DNA of 64,000 nucleotides. Source: Catajapyx aquilonaris (lineage: Eukaryota). The stretch lies in NCBI GenBank assembly GCA_000934665.2, contig JYFJ02000533.1:1-64000 (forward strand). The letters are read 5' to 3'. Of this stretch, positions 13,701 through 28,385 are shown in pieces. The notes beneath the pieces were generated by a model that saw only the letters and a list, made by a program, of their open reading frames with translations, did not search any database and was not told the origin of the DNA. The stretch's first letter is position 1. Each line of letters opens with the position of its first letter. The translations under genes and the position numbers were made by a program.

Positions 13701-16700
13701 GTGAAGGTTCGCTGCTCAAGGGAACAGCCAACTGCACCCTCTTTGACACGCTCCATCGACCCCGAATCTATCCTACATATTGTAGTCCGTGAATGCAAAA
13801 ATTTAACAAAGCCTCCCACCAATGTTGCGGCGACAAAAAAAGAGGACATTTTTTTATGTGTCGTGTCGACTCCTTGGATTCCTGTCACCTGAGTGCAGCT
13901 ATAGGAAGGTGTAATAAACGTAGGCGTGCCCAGTGATTGGTGCTTAAAACAAGGAGAACGAAAATTGATACCGATCACTGTTGTTTGATCTTTATTGGGC
14001 GAGTTCCCCACGTGGACATGGATAGGTCCTTTCTACATAGGCTATAAATCACAGCGGGTGGGATTCTATAAAGGGGAAATTAGTATTACCTTTCGTTGCG
14101 CAATTTGATGCAGGTCATGTGGGGAGTCCACTTTCCGGTTGGTCGGTTCATGCCCCGAGGAAACCGGATTCGCAGGTCTGCAAAAAAGTGTTTCAGAGCG
14201 GTGTAAATACATCACAATATTGCAAAAAAGGAGTGGTAATAAGAAGAAAAGCTTTTGTGGCCTTGGGGATCCATAATGTCTGATGTAACAAAGATGGGCC
14301 TATTATTGCGAAGCTTGGTAAGAGACACGAAATTAAAAGCCTCCAGTCCATGCTTATTACGTTATATTACAGCTCGTGCTGTGCAGTGCAGTAAACTACA
14401 AAGATTCATTTATATAGTGGGGTGATTGTCACGCTTGGCAATTCAAAGAGATACAAAATTTCATCCTTTGTTGCGCTATCATCAAGTTGGCTGATTGATA
14501 TATTACTCTATGTCTATACTATCTAAGCAAAATGTGGGCATTTTATGAGGGCAAATTGACTGCATATTGATCCATAATGCTTACTAGTGGCCTACTGCCA
14601 TAGAAGTAAAATCTTGACTCCCACGTGGAATAATTTATAAGAAAATAATCATCATAATTCGACTGTTTAAACTCGTATGTTCAGATCCATTACAGATATT
14701 ACCACCTTATAAATACGACATCTATGAACACTCGTGTAGCTCGGTAACAATTCAACATCTCTATAGTACGACAATATTGTTGCATGCTTCTAACCCTTGG
14801 TCGCTCTCCCTGAACGACGCAATTTTCCAATCTCATTTGGGGCCGGAAGCCTTTCAAAAAAAAAAAATAATCCAACAATTCTGCCCCAAATGACAAACTA
14901 CAATTTTTCAAACTTCCTAACTTCAAGTGGACAAATTGAACCTCATTTCAACATAGTGCAATCATTGTGAAACGACTCCCATGATCCATAAAGAATTGGA
15001 GATTGCTTGTGGGTATAGAATGGGAGGCAGTCCAGCTCAATCCTCCCAGAAGCGGTGCTATCCAGAAAGGAGGCTGGTAAACCACGTGGTTCATTCTCCT
15101 CCTCCATACCCCCCCTCCAGCATAAAGTCTTCAGGTGAGAGAAGTCCAAGATCTCAGTACTAAGAGGGGGGGTATAGAAGGCCCGCCTGTCCAGACGTTG
15201 ACGTCATGTTTGAGAGGCTCAGCTTCTCCTTCTCCCCACAGTTGCTTAGCGCACTATATGAAGGTGACTGTGCCTTGTAGTGTATCGGAGGAAAAGGTGG
15301 TCTCTCAGTGAGGTGGGTCGGTTGGGGACCCCCTAAAGGAAAAAGTGATTCTTGCTCCGTGGAAGCTGCTTCGTGGAGAATGCATGCGGTGAGTATATGC
15401 ACACTTCCGTTCGCAATATATTTCCAGGGAAATGGACCCTAATAGGGGCACACTCTCAAGTAATTAAAAAAAAATCAAATAATGTAGAAGGTACTATATA
15501 TTTGTCCTAATTTAGTTGGAAACAAATTCATTAAGCAGCATTGAAAATTTGAAATCATTTTATAGTTGTTAGGGTGATAGTATATGTCCTCTGTAGGCCT
15601 TTCATTGCCACAACAGTATCAGTTCAAAATATTTCAAATCCGTATATACAGTACTACACAAAATAATCATTATTGCCTCTAGTACTTGAAGTTCCACATT
15701 GGTAAGACAATGCATGGTGGGCTGGGAAATTTCAAGCAGCTGCGGATGAATTTATTTGTCCACGGCCCCTTACCTGCGTGTATATTAATCAGTGAGAATA
15801 ATGTAATTAATGAAAGCAAAGTAATGCACAAGCTTGTTTGAATTTTGTTCAGAATATTAATGTAATCGCTCTCCTTTGTTGTATTTTGTATTTCGTTGTA
15901 CCTGAGCATTCATCTATTTCAAAAGTTCGTTGCAAGGTCAGTAACTGCATTACTCATTGTGAAGCGGTCCTTTAATCAAAATTTATACTTTTCGAAGATA
16001 GATCACTTTGCATCTCACCTTCGTTTAGCATGAATTTGCTAAATGGCTACTAGTGTTAATATCAGATAATATCACAAAAATGCATGGTGCAATTAATGTA
16101 GGAATCGTATGTGCTGAAAGACCCATTCACCTATAAATTATTGTATACCTCTACAAAAAAGTAATTGAAAAGCGCGACCTTGCGTCCTTAATGAGGAATT
16201 TATAGAGCAAGATCTTAGTCAAGATCATTATCTGAAGTCGTACCAAAGATCTTACAAGTGTCAAGTCACGAAGCATTATGTTCCAAAAATGCGCACTCGA
16301 GTAATGAGGCCTGCCATTGGCATTATTACATCGCAAGTAGGTTAATTCTGGAGCACTCCGTCCTGAGGAAGTCGTGCAGAAATGGAGGCACATTAGTACA
16401 GTAAAAGGTTTTCAACCGCTCCTCCACCCTCTGGCCATGGTCAGAAACATCGCAGTAGTATGTAATGACAAGAGCATGTTGCATCAGTAGGAAATCGGGA
16501 TCCGCCCAGATTCAATAGGACACCCACTAATATCCAGTTTTTAATGTGCCATGAATCACTAGATGTCTCAGAAGAGAACAAGGCGGTGGCGGAAATGCCA
16601 ACAATTGTTTAACGCCCACTCTTCGGATGGTGCGGGCGACATGAACACATGTTGCGTAAGTCCATCGAAAGTGTCGCGCTAATTGCTTTATCTAAAAGTG

Positions 16701-19700
16701 CCCTAGTTGGTACAGTGATACGGAACTTTCTCTACACGGACCTTTAAAAATGTGGCCGATTTGATGTTAAGAAACGGTTCTTCGCCAAATTCCAGGAGGT
16801 TGAAAAATATAAGGTAGTGGTTTACCCCAGGGAGATTCACCTGGACTTCCCTGTGACTCTTTTTCGGTTTTGAGTCAGCCAATATAGCTTCCACAAAGTG
16901 TGAAACGAAGGGGGAGGCCTTTACAAGACTATTTTTGCGGCACACCCAATTGGTCTCGGTGGTTGTTGAAGAAGACAAAACAATGACATAAAGTGTTGCA
17001 CCGCGATTAATATTTTCTCACTATACTTTCACTCTATATTCAAAGGAAAGGAGGTATATGGGGAAGAAGATCAAAACATGTTAGTCAATTGGCTCAATAA
17101 TGAATTTATTGCGCACATGTAATTGTGACAACTTGTGATAAACGAGTGGCATTTGGAAAAAGGGGGCAAGGTCAGCCCGAATTGTTTTGATTCTTAGGGC
17201 CCCTGAATTAATTAATGATGTCAAGTGCGTTTGACACTGTTGTGATTATTGCCCTGATATGCATTTTACAGCATATAGTGTGAGGGCCGATTCTACTTGT
17301 TGCTGTGTTTAGAAACAAAGTGACAGATAACGTGTTGAGAGTTTTATTGCTCTATGTGTCGGTCAGATCACACATACGATATTATTGAGGGTTATAAATT
17401 GAAAGATTCCTAGCTCAGTAATTTGTCCAGTGTTCTAGAGATAGAGCATGAGGAGGAGAGAAGACAGAAAATTTTATTAATATCTTTTTTGGAAATCCCA
17501 GTTGTTAAGTTGTTAAAATGTTAACCGGCTATTCAAATAAATTTTGAGGTGCCGGTAGTGTATCCACAGTTAAGTTCAACAGTCTACTCAGTCACAATTT
17601 GTGACTTCCTTTTTTTCCCCTCCCAGCATCTAATGACTGCTCCACGTAAATTGTAGTGAAAACTAGACACGATTTTTATCTCTCCTGAGTATTCCATTCC
17701 CAGGTAGCACAGCACGTGTTTTCACTCGGGAAAAAATTACGCCCTACCAAAATTTAGAAAATCGCTCGCCCCTTTCAAATTACTGGTGTTAACTATTGTT
17801 TCAGACATTGTTTATTCAACAACTAAGATATCAATGCTTACGCTAATATGTCAGTAAAATAGTCTTAGTAGAGCTATTAGACTTTAAAATCTGCATAACT
17901 GCCTGAAGCTACAGGACTAGTACCAGTTTCTGCCAGAACACGTACTTATAGCAAGTCACAAAAAAATGTGAAAAAAATATGTCCTCTCCTTGTGGACCTT
18001 GGTGGGGGTCTCTCCCACACAATCTCTTGGTGCAACTAGAGTGAGCGGTAAAAAGCAAGGGCTGGGTTTCCCCATAAGAGACGTGTTTCAATTCAAGGCT
18101 GCCTTCGACATGATCATTCGTGATCAGCCCCTCTTGTCTAACTATATCAGGACCTGCCGCTTCCTCTCCAAAATAACAGGGGCATCGTCTCGTGATGCTA
18201 CTTTTCACAATTATGAATAGCAATAAACGGCTACCATAAATAATGGTCTGCCTTTTGGGTTGTAAGTAGTGAATGGCCGTGTCAAATGTCAATGATCTAA
18301 TTGTTCGGTTAGCATTCATGGCAATTTGCTTCCGGGGAAGCTTGGTGCTTGTACAGGTGAAATTATTAGGACGGATATAATTATGCAGATTGGGAAGATA
18401 AACTTGTCAAGCGATGCTGCCATAAGAAAAGATATTTATGACTCGGAGGACATCAGATATGGAGCAATACGGATATTTCAGGAGCCTAATTAATCGCGCA
18501 TGTTATTTTTATATTTTTTCTTTCTCCCTAATGGCATAGCAAGTGGTTGGGCATATCCTTCACCTCACTGAGCCTTGGAAGGCAGAAAGGTCTGAACATA
18601 GCCTGATGTCCTTTGGTAAATGGGAGCAATAGAAAAAGGTGCCTTCCCACCTGCAGTGCACTGCACACTGGAAAGGTTAAAGAGGTTCCAATGTGCTCAT
18701 TAATACCCCACCCATTTGTCAAATTGTATTAATTGGAGCAATAGAGGGAGGTGTATTGCCCAAGTTCCCAGTTTATGAGGGAGGTACTATACAGAAAAAA
18801 TGTCAATTCTTGCTTATCTCAGTTACAAGTGTTAAGAGAATCAACAATACTGTCGGGCATTTATAAGTAAGCCAGATAATAATTGTGATTATCTGCTCCA
18901 AATAATCATGTGTGCCAATTTCCGGATGGAGTTAAAATTGCATCTGACATGTCATAATAAATTCTCCTTGACAGACTCTCAAAAAGCATTGTTTGTAATG
19001 ACGTGAGGCAGTAAAAAGTTGGGAGGCACCATGATATCCAGTGCGAGTGATATCGGCCATGCAAATTACACAGGAACCCTTCACTGTTGTGACATGTGTA
19101 TCTCCACCCTTCTGGGCTAAAATACCTGCTTTATAGCAATGCTGTAGGTGGAGTGCATGACAAAATAGTGCAGTGAACTTGGTTTTTACCAGGGAGATGA
19201 CCTCATGGCTAAAGAGGGCGTCTGAATACTATGCACGAATCAGAAAAATAATGTAATTTTACACTGGGTGTCACATCAGAGCAAAATTTCAAAAAGTAAC
19301 ATGTCAATATCAATGAGAAAAAATGAGAATAATCAAAATTTGTTTTGTTGTGTACTGCAAATGCTTGATGCACGATTTTCACCAATAGCTGGGAAAAGAA
19401 GTTCTGAGTTTTGACAAGCCGTCACATGCACCCTTCCACACTATGTTATTTTTCAAACCACCTGTTTCTCCGCTGTCCATATAAAGCATTATTTTATCAT
19501 CATAAATCAACTAACTACACAACAAATTGTTAAACGTGTCTGGCTATGAGCTGCGACTTTGAAGTGGGCTTAGCTCAGTGTAGTGGTTCTCACCTTGAAT
19601 TTAATCCTCTTTTGCGCTTCAGCGCACCAATAAATCAGTCAGGTGGGACTATACTTTCATCGGTTTTCTTTTTGTTGTTGTTCAGAATTAGGTAAATCAG

Positions 19701-22700
19701 GAGCTTATCAGAAGATTTAATTAGAAATTTTATTGATTTTTTTTTTAAATTTTGAAGTAGGACTACTTCATAGCGACAATACCTAAAGTTCGGTGAAGCG
19801 GAAATTGTTTCCAATTATTCTTGATTTGCGTGAAGACAGTGTTAAATGTTTATCCTTCTTCCAGAGTTGAAGGCCATTATGCAAAAAAACTACACTTTCA
19901 CCTTTACTTTTATAGAGTCTAATTTTTGTGCTTTGTCATCACTTTTGAAATTACTTAGTACTATAATAGGATTTCATTAAGCGGTGATATTGATTAATAC
20001 AAATAGAAAATAGGAAAATACTTGCCTGGGATGGCTCTTCTTCATAATATATTACTTTCCCAGTTAATTAAGCTACAGTGGCAGACCCTTGCTATTGCCC
20101 CTGGCAAGAGGATGGGCCTGGGGGATGGGGGGAGGAGGGACGTGAGAGTGAGCTTTCGCATGAGAAAGGTCTGGGTCACGCCTCACCTTATTGTACTATC
20201 ATGTGTATTCTGTACCTGTGCTCCACTTTACCCTTTGCATGTCAGGAAAGCATCTCTTGTCTGCAGGTGCGGGTTAAACTCCTTGTATGGCCTTTCAAAA
20301 AAAATAGTTCATTTACATTTAGAATTCCAAGTCCCTCGTGCGGGCAGCATTACAAATAGCAATTGGTGTGTATTCATCCTATGTAACTTGGACATGTGCG
20401 TAGGAGTCATGCAGGACGTGTGATGAGAGGACAAATCTATGTTATTCTCGTCTTGGGGAGAAAGGTCCATAGAAGAAGGAGTATATCCACATATTGCCTG
20501 GGGTTGTAGACTCCACCTAGACGGGATTGAAGGGAGCGTTCACTTCCGGGATGAAGTGGCACCTTGGTTTTAAAATGCCTGAAGTTACGTCGGATTTATT
20601 AGCCGCAATTAACTGCCAATAAAATGAAACACCGAACAATACCTGCTATTGAAACATAATGGTGCAACGATTTCAACAAGATGCCCCTAAGTAATATTAT
20701 GTCATAGAGCTGTTTACATGACAGTAATACCACGATAATGCGACACTATTATGTCATACGAGCATATAGTGCACTCACAGCGTGTTATTAAATAAATTAA
20801 TATTATACGTCATATTAGAAAAATATCTACCTTACACTGAATTGGAAATTGTTCTTTGTTCTTATCATTTCGCAACAATGTTGGAGTCATTTAGACATTG
20901 TATCTTCTCAGTTAACAGCATATTGCACATCTTTCAAAGGGAAGTACACCTTAAAATGCAAATTGGCAGACCCGTGTCATTGCTGCATAGGTATGTGATG
21001 CAACAAAGTGTGAATTAGTGGAAAGTGGAAGAGGAAGCTTTTGAGGGACAATAGATTGATGCCACGTGACAGGTTCAACAAGTGCCAGAGGGATTGGCCA
21101 TAAAGAAAGGCATGACTACCTTTATTAGACGGCAGAGTACCACAGGCGCTAATGACTCACTTTTACCAGGCCAATCTCGGGGCAAATAGTTTTCAACAAA
21201 AAATAAACCCGAAGCGAAGCATCGAAAGTAACGCAAAAGGAAAGTGGGATGGTAAAGGACCCCTACAAGCTCATGCCCAAATCTGCAGTTTTTTGACTGG
21301 CTCGCTTTTAAATTAAATTTCACATAAAGTGAAAATATGCACCCCGCATCTACATAGCGAAAGTATTGTTTTGTTCGGTGCACGTTACCGTATTTATTGA
21401 CGGCACGTCAAGCAAATTGCACCACAGGCCTGTTTGTTAGACAGATCTCTTTGTTATCTTTATGATGCTTTAATAGGAGAAATGCACCGCAAACCAAACT
21501 TCCTGGACTCTGCTAAACCACTTTTTCCCATCCTTTGATTGAAAGTGAAAAACCAGGACTGCAACATCTTCGCATAGGAATGCTAAGTGTAATAGTTTTA
21601 CTCGGGCAAAGTAATGACCTAAACCAGTATGATGAGACCTTACACCCTCACTTTTTACCGGTCAGACTGACCATATTGTTTTACTTTTTTTTTAAACCTG
21701 TTTTTAGAGTAATATTACCCTAGTGATCCAAACATTGAAAGTGCTTTCCTGAATTTCAGAGCTGAGGGGCGTTTGAAACAAGGTCGTAAATCTGGACAAT
21801 TTTAGTCCAGTACAAAAACAACTTTCCATAAAACGACACGTTTGCTTATGATTATTCAGGGCCAGATAATTCTGCATTTGCCAAAAAGGCATGTAAGGCC
21901 ATGTGGCCTACGCGATATGCTCTTGTAGAAGAAAAAAACCCTTTCTCTGGAACAATCGCATTTCTCACCTTTTATACATTGTTTAAATCCCAGGTGCGGC
22001 TTTGCTGGGTTTCTTTACGCCTGCAAATTGCATTCGTGTGATCCACACATTTTCAACAGCGGCTACCTTATCATGTGTGGGCGGGCTGACAATGAAGCTT
22101 ACCAAGATGCAATTGCATGCAGTAATTTTGTGGTCATATCAGATGACAAGAATTCGCTTTCTCCCTTCTTTTTTTGGACAATATGTCGCACCATCTTATT
22201 GCCGCTAAATGGAGAAGTCTACATTCATTCTGTATTACCTACTATATTTAAAGAATAGCAATGCCACCCACACGTGTACAGTATTTTACGCTTTAAATTT
22301 AACGTTGGTATTGCAGTTGAATAGAGTGACAAAGTGGGCTTGTAATTCTTGAGAAAGATTGTCGACCAGGAGAAACACTGAGTACATTTTTATTGCCCTT
22401 CGGATTTTACTGGGGCATCTCAGAAAACTTATATGAAAGTATAGTCACGAGTTCGTCTCGTTTCCTGCTACTGTGCGAGTATTTTTCCAGACCTGCTTAT
22501 GATAAGTGCTTCCGGGCTATTGTTGGACATCATTATTACTTAGCCGTTATGGATTTGCTTATGGTATGCAGTGTTGTAACCAAGTTGTAACTCTTGGAGG
22601 AACAAAATTCATTCTTGTTAGCAACTTTTATTGAAATAATATGCTACGTAGTTTACGCACACCTTCAGGGAATGGTAGCAGTGGTCCGAACATAATGGCA

Positions 22701-25612
22701 AGTCACGATTTCAGAGCTAATGAAAGATTCTTTTTTTGAATCCATAACACAAGTTCAACCTGAGGTGTCTCACCATTGCATCGAACGATTTCAATACAAT
22801 TGAGTTTGCACTCACGAAACATATTAGAACCTATACAGATGAAGGCGGGGAACAAAACCAGGCTTTTATCCATCATTGGCAATCTATCCGCTTCAAGAAA
22901 GATCAATTGATAATTGAGTTTCGGAGACGTTTTTTGATTATTATTCGCCTTACAATGCAGCATGATTGCCTATTCATATCATTGATGGTGTCTATGGCGA
23001 GAGGAATTCATTAGCTTAGACCAATCGTCTTCAGATCCTGCATATTCAGATGTGAATATTTGTGTCTTTCATAGGCGTTAGCAAGGTTAAGCTGGCTATT
23101 AAAGTGTGTTGTAACGGGTTTCAAGCACGTTTTAGTGCTAAGTTCTTTTACAGTGGCTGTGCTAAAACTATTAGATTTAGATCAGGTAGGTCTATTTTTA
23201 TAACGATGCAATCTTCAGCTTCTGTGACCTTAATGGATTTCTGATCCTCAAGCGAAGCAAATACTTTGGCCTATATACAATAATCTCATATCTGAATGTG
23301 TAACATTTACCGTACCTGTACAAGTAATAAAACCTATATGGATGAAAGTTACTGTTACGTCAATTCAGCTGCAGTATTTAAAGAAAGGCCCTGTCAGTTA
23401 TCGTGTTCCTTCATGAGAAATAACATATCAAGGTTTATTCATGTCAGACCCTTATTTACGACGCTTTTGTCTGGTTATGTGCCTCACTGTTAAGCAATAT
23501 TGAAAATTACCTCTCACACCTCACACGTCGAATCGACCCGAAGTTCCGAACCGACAAAGTGACCTGAATAGTAATTATTTTGTTTTCACTTTTTCAATTA
23601 CTGCAACACCGTTGTTGTTTCCAGAGGCGATCGTTATACAATAGTGTGATGAATGCGAACCAATTGTTCACATTAATAAGTTGTAGCAGTAGGTCAGGGA
23701 TTTACTTGCTTTTACGTTTAATCGAAGTGACTCTGCAACATCAAACATGCAGGTCATCTTTCTCGAGAAGTAGGCTGAGGCAACCCATATGCATTCCATT
23801 TTATGACCCTGAAAAGAAGCAACGATTTTTTATGATTATTTTCACCTATGGCCACTTATCTGATATTCACATACATTGTCGTCACCCACTTTTCCCCTCG
23901 CACAGCAATAAAGCATTTCTTTTGCCAACACATCACTGCTACACTGTTTCATATTAGGACCGGGTTGATCGAATGTAGGTTACATTTACAATGTTTGCTT
24001 TTTGGGATTGGAGGGTGAAGGTCCTCACAAGTACTGCACATCTCTCCATCCGCAATAATCATTAGTGTCCTCGTGAGTGGGAAGCACCTCCTAGAGATGT
24101 GATGGCGACCTCGGCCTTGGTTCATCCATCTGAAGAGCTCAGGAAGAGCTGCAGGCTAGACTGATAATTGATGTGTGCAGTGTGTCAGTGTTTCGCGAAA
24201 GGGGCTCTTACTTGAAGGTTGAGGCCATCCCATCTGCGTATTTGAGGTTGCCAACTGGGACAGGAGCACCTGAGCATCTCCCTCGACCATCTTCACCATT
24301 AGTTTAGTAGGGGGGGAAGCTTCTTTCCCTTTCACTTCGGAGGAAAAGTTAGAAACGAATTGCTGTTGGTATCATGAGACAGGAAATTCTCATAAGAAGT
24401 GTTTCTTATTGGGGCTGGCATTGACGTGGGAACAGGAAACTGACTTTTGTTTTGGAGGAAGTTTTTAAAATCATGTATGATTATTTGTTCGTTTTTTTGC
24501 TTGTTAGTGCATGTGGGGGGATTAGATTGCTTGAAAATATGAGAAACAATTTGCAAATAACAAGCTCGTTAAAATTATGTCGTACTTTCTAGTTTGTGTT
24601 GTTTATTGGTATAAACAAGGGTATAAACAAACTACATTGGATGGTTGTTTGTATAGAAATCTGGAATAAAAATTATTATGGTCCCACCTCTTCCTAAACC
24701 ACTGGCTGTGACGATATGTCAAAATACGTAACAATACAAAAAAATGTCGCCATAGATTTCAAACTTCCTTTCGGAAGTTGCACAAAAATAGCTCAAAAAT
24801 TAAGGTGGGTTGTATCCGTGTGTTGGTACATTACAGTAGATTCCTTTCTCACGTTTCACTCCGGTTGATCCGACAACAAAAAGGGACTCGCAAGTCATTC
24901 AGACTGCATTTTGCTCTCTCGGCAGCTGCACCTCTTCCAGACATGATTTCAAGACACGCGTGACATCAAAATATGAAGAAGTGTCTCTCCAGTGTGTCAT
25001 AGACCACACATATAGGACTCTGCATAAATGACATTTGCCGCCCTCTGCATGTAACCCCGGTGTGTATGCATGCGTAAAGAGGCGGTCAAGGTGACATTAC
25101 ATGGGGAAGGATTTGGAGAATATTAATGACGTTGGCCGGGCCGGTTTTCTTCCCCATATTTTCTGTGAAAGTGTGTCATACCAAATGCGACAGGTTGGCG
25201 ACGTCTATTATTTGACCCTCAAATGCAACTCAGTTCCTAATATGTCACGATCACAAGGCGTAATACTGTACAGTGTGCTAACAAGAATTTATAGCAGGCA
25301 ATTAAAGCATATCGTAAACACATAATACAATTCTTCTGCCTCCTATAGTGAAGCTGAAACTTGATACTTGTAGGGTTCTATGTGGGTTATTACTGTAGTC
25401 TTCATCAATGTTTTTAATCTGACGCTCTGACGTTCGTCATTCATGACTTCTTTGTACTCGATGGGTTGTAAAGGTCAGGAACGGCATCCTGGATGGTAAT
25501 GATGGTTCAGGAAACTGCGAGGTCATCGTTGAGGGTTTTGCGTCGTGAAAGGAATGTCGTATGATTTTCAACTCGAGTATTGATATAAAATTAACCTTTG
25601 GCATACACTTTC

Positions 25613-28385
25613 ATGTTAAAACTGGTATGTGAGCCAATGCCTGTTTTCAAAAATGAATCTCAAACACGTGTAATGGTAAAGTAAAATAAAAGTAATTACA
25701 TACAGCAAATTAATTACATTATTGGATCAACACAACTGCTAGTGTTCATAGCTACCATAATTACAATCAGGCTCTTTCATTAACCGCGGAACTCATGCAA
25801 TGTGTGTGTTTTTAATGTAGGCCTACTGTGCAAATAGGCTACTGTTCATACACTCATGAGATGTGTACATAAGGCTTGTGCCTGTTCCAATCTTTAACCG
25901 TCAATTTGAGCTGAGTAACGCTCACACTAATTGATATGCAGCATACATTTGCGGAAGTTGGATTTTACTCTTCCCGCCTTGGGTGACATCATTTTATTTT
26001 GGTCTCTCAATATATTCATTACTCGAGTATGCTGATAAAGCACAATTGTTTTCTGCTGCGTTCAATTCCCTCAAGTGACAAGATCTTTGGAACCTGCAGG
26101 CTGCAGTCAACTTATTATTTTTCTTGCAGGTGTTGTGGACAGTGTTAGCAGCTTTGGCGGTGGCGGATGGAGCAGCTATCTCCAGTGTAGCAGTCAGTTT
26201 TATTACAGGATCCACAGCTTCTCAATACGGCTACATTGGTGGTCATCCCAGCAAGGGTGTTTCATATGCAGGTATACATCACTTCCCCTTCCAATCCGTC
26301 ACATACCACAGGTTTTATTATTCTTATTAGAGAGATCAACAAGTGGCCAGTCGAATTAATTAATTGAGAGGTCGTGAGTATTAGCAGAGTCGTGACGGCC
26401 TTCTGGTTGGGAACACATGTGAGTTATAATCAATGAGCTATCTGACATGCCCATTTATTCACCTGACGTACACTTCACCTCGTGGTAGTGACAATTATGT
26501 GCATAAATGACCCGTTAACTGCAGCTGTAAACGAAGTCTGCTGATTTCTGCTAATTTATTTATCATAAAATTGAATATCTATGCGCACGAAACACTTTCA
26601 TTGAAGGTTCATTTACCGTTCAGTGCATGTTACACTGTTCGCTAATAGTGCTATCCTGGGTCTTCACAGGCTATTTTGTTAGCAAGTACAGCTGAAAGCC
26701 ATGACTAAATAGTTAACACTCTTTAAAGAATAGTGAATACGCAGGATAGTTCAAAAGCCTTCTCCTGTATGCAACTTTCAGTTATACGCAGAGTGAAAAT
26801 AGGTTCGAATATCATCTGAGATTGTTTCTGCAAATTACTGAGACAAAATTGCTGAATTGATTGTGAACTTTGGCTCTGCTACACAGCTAAATATCATGTT
26901 ACGTTTCATTTTACTACACAAACGATTATATCCTGCTGGTTAGGTTACCCAGTTGACATGGAATATTGAGGTTTGCATATCCCACAGGATGTCCCTTTTA
27001 TTCACAATATTATTATAATAGCCGTAAACTACTGTGAACTGCTCCACTACATGAATGTAACCCTGTTAAATTGTTAAAAATTCAAGTGCACACTTTCGGG
27101 ATATTTGATAATCACGACACACAGCAGATCACACGATACGAAGACGAAGCCCCATACTAGAGTCGCGGCCCCGAGTACGATTCGTACCGTCTACCCCGAC
27201 GACACATCCTTCGACGAAGACATCGACGATTTCTGTCAAAGAGGGGCGTCGTCCTCACCGCAGGACACGCAGGCCTCCCAACTATCGCAGAGGAAGAGGT
27301 CCTTTCTCTGAAACGACCCATGGGCTCAAGACCTCCGCCACTGCTTATTACCCTGACTTTGACAACTTCTACTTTGGTAAGAGCACATTGATTGTGCTGA
27401 TGATTCGAAAAAATTTCATGTGGGCTACTGGGATGTGACTTCTAACATTTTACTACCTGGAACATGTGATCGGCAATTGGTTTGACCCCCTGTACAGTGC
27501 TGACAGTGTACATACCTGCTCTTTTGACTTCTGTGGACTAAACACTTTGCTTTTTTGACCAAAACTCGCACGCATTTACCTGTTTCCCTTGACAAAAAAA
27601 AACACCTACACCCATGCTATGAAGTCCTTGAACTGCAGTGATCGGAGGATAACGCAATTCCCCAATCGATTGCATTCATTTCTGCCCAACACGCTCCTTC
27701 TCTGGTGATTGAAGATAAAATGGAAGATTTCCTCACGAGAATGCATGCTCTTTATATTCATGATCCCAACACACTCATTGTACTTACGTCCTTCCGAATC
27801 AGAGGTCAGTTCGTGAGCACCTTTTTTCTTGTCTTAGGAATCACTTATACTGGGGGGAATGAAGCTTTGATCGTTATTTTTAACATCTGACCCTGACACA
27901 TGGGAGGACTTTCAACCCTCATTTAAAAGTGAATGTCGGTGGTGGAACCATCCTCATTCTTCAAATCTGTCAGATTCTAAGCCCTATTCTGATGCAGATG
28001 GTGAGTATAATGACTATGGAGGTGGAGGTGGAGGCTATGACGTGGAAGAGGTCAACAACGCCCTTAACCCTGAAGCCTTGACACCTGAAGGCGTCTTCTT
28101 ACCACCGAATGCTGCCAACAGGGCGTACGATGAACCCGTAAGTGATTTACACCAAAGCTTACCAATGATACATTAACCACTGTCAATTCTTTTGAGGATC
28201 CTTATGTCGGGGATCCGAGAGTGGCTGCTGCTGCCATGAGACGTCCTCCGTTCTTCCATGAAATTCCTCACAAGAGGAGTATTCTTCATCTTCAACGGAG
28301 ACGTGCGGACAACGGGTTGGAACCTCTTCGTCTTCGAAGCATCCGACCATTCTTCCCATTTGCATTCAAGTATGCATTTAAGTAA
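25613..28385 (+). CDS. Uncharacterised secreted low-complexity protein (~252 aa), prohormone- or cuticle-associated-like
   Basis: Exons 25613-25624 (MLKL, tentative), 26130-26271, 27125/27128-27376 (NAGNAG acceptor), 27974-28137 and 28197-28385 (GAG acceptor, 59-nt intron) join in one open frame. Signal-peptide-like start MLKLVLWTVLAALAVADG, followed by Arg-rich, Tyr/Gly-rich and dibasic segments; ends RPFFPFAFKYAFK*. Confidence 0.72.

Noticed and set aside
13562..14011. 149-aa minus-strand ORF and other 60-135 aa ORFs in 12-25 kb
   Set aside because: No recognisable motif, no consistent exon chain, and lengths compatible with chance.
19565..19600. tRNA A-box-like sequence (TTAGCTCAGTG)
   Set aside because: No B-box or cloverleaf follows; at most a decayed SINE fragment.
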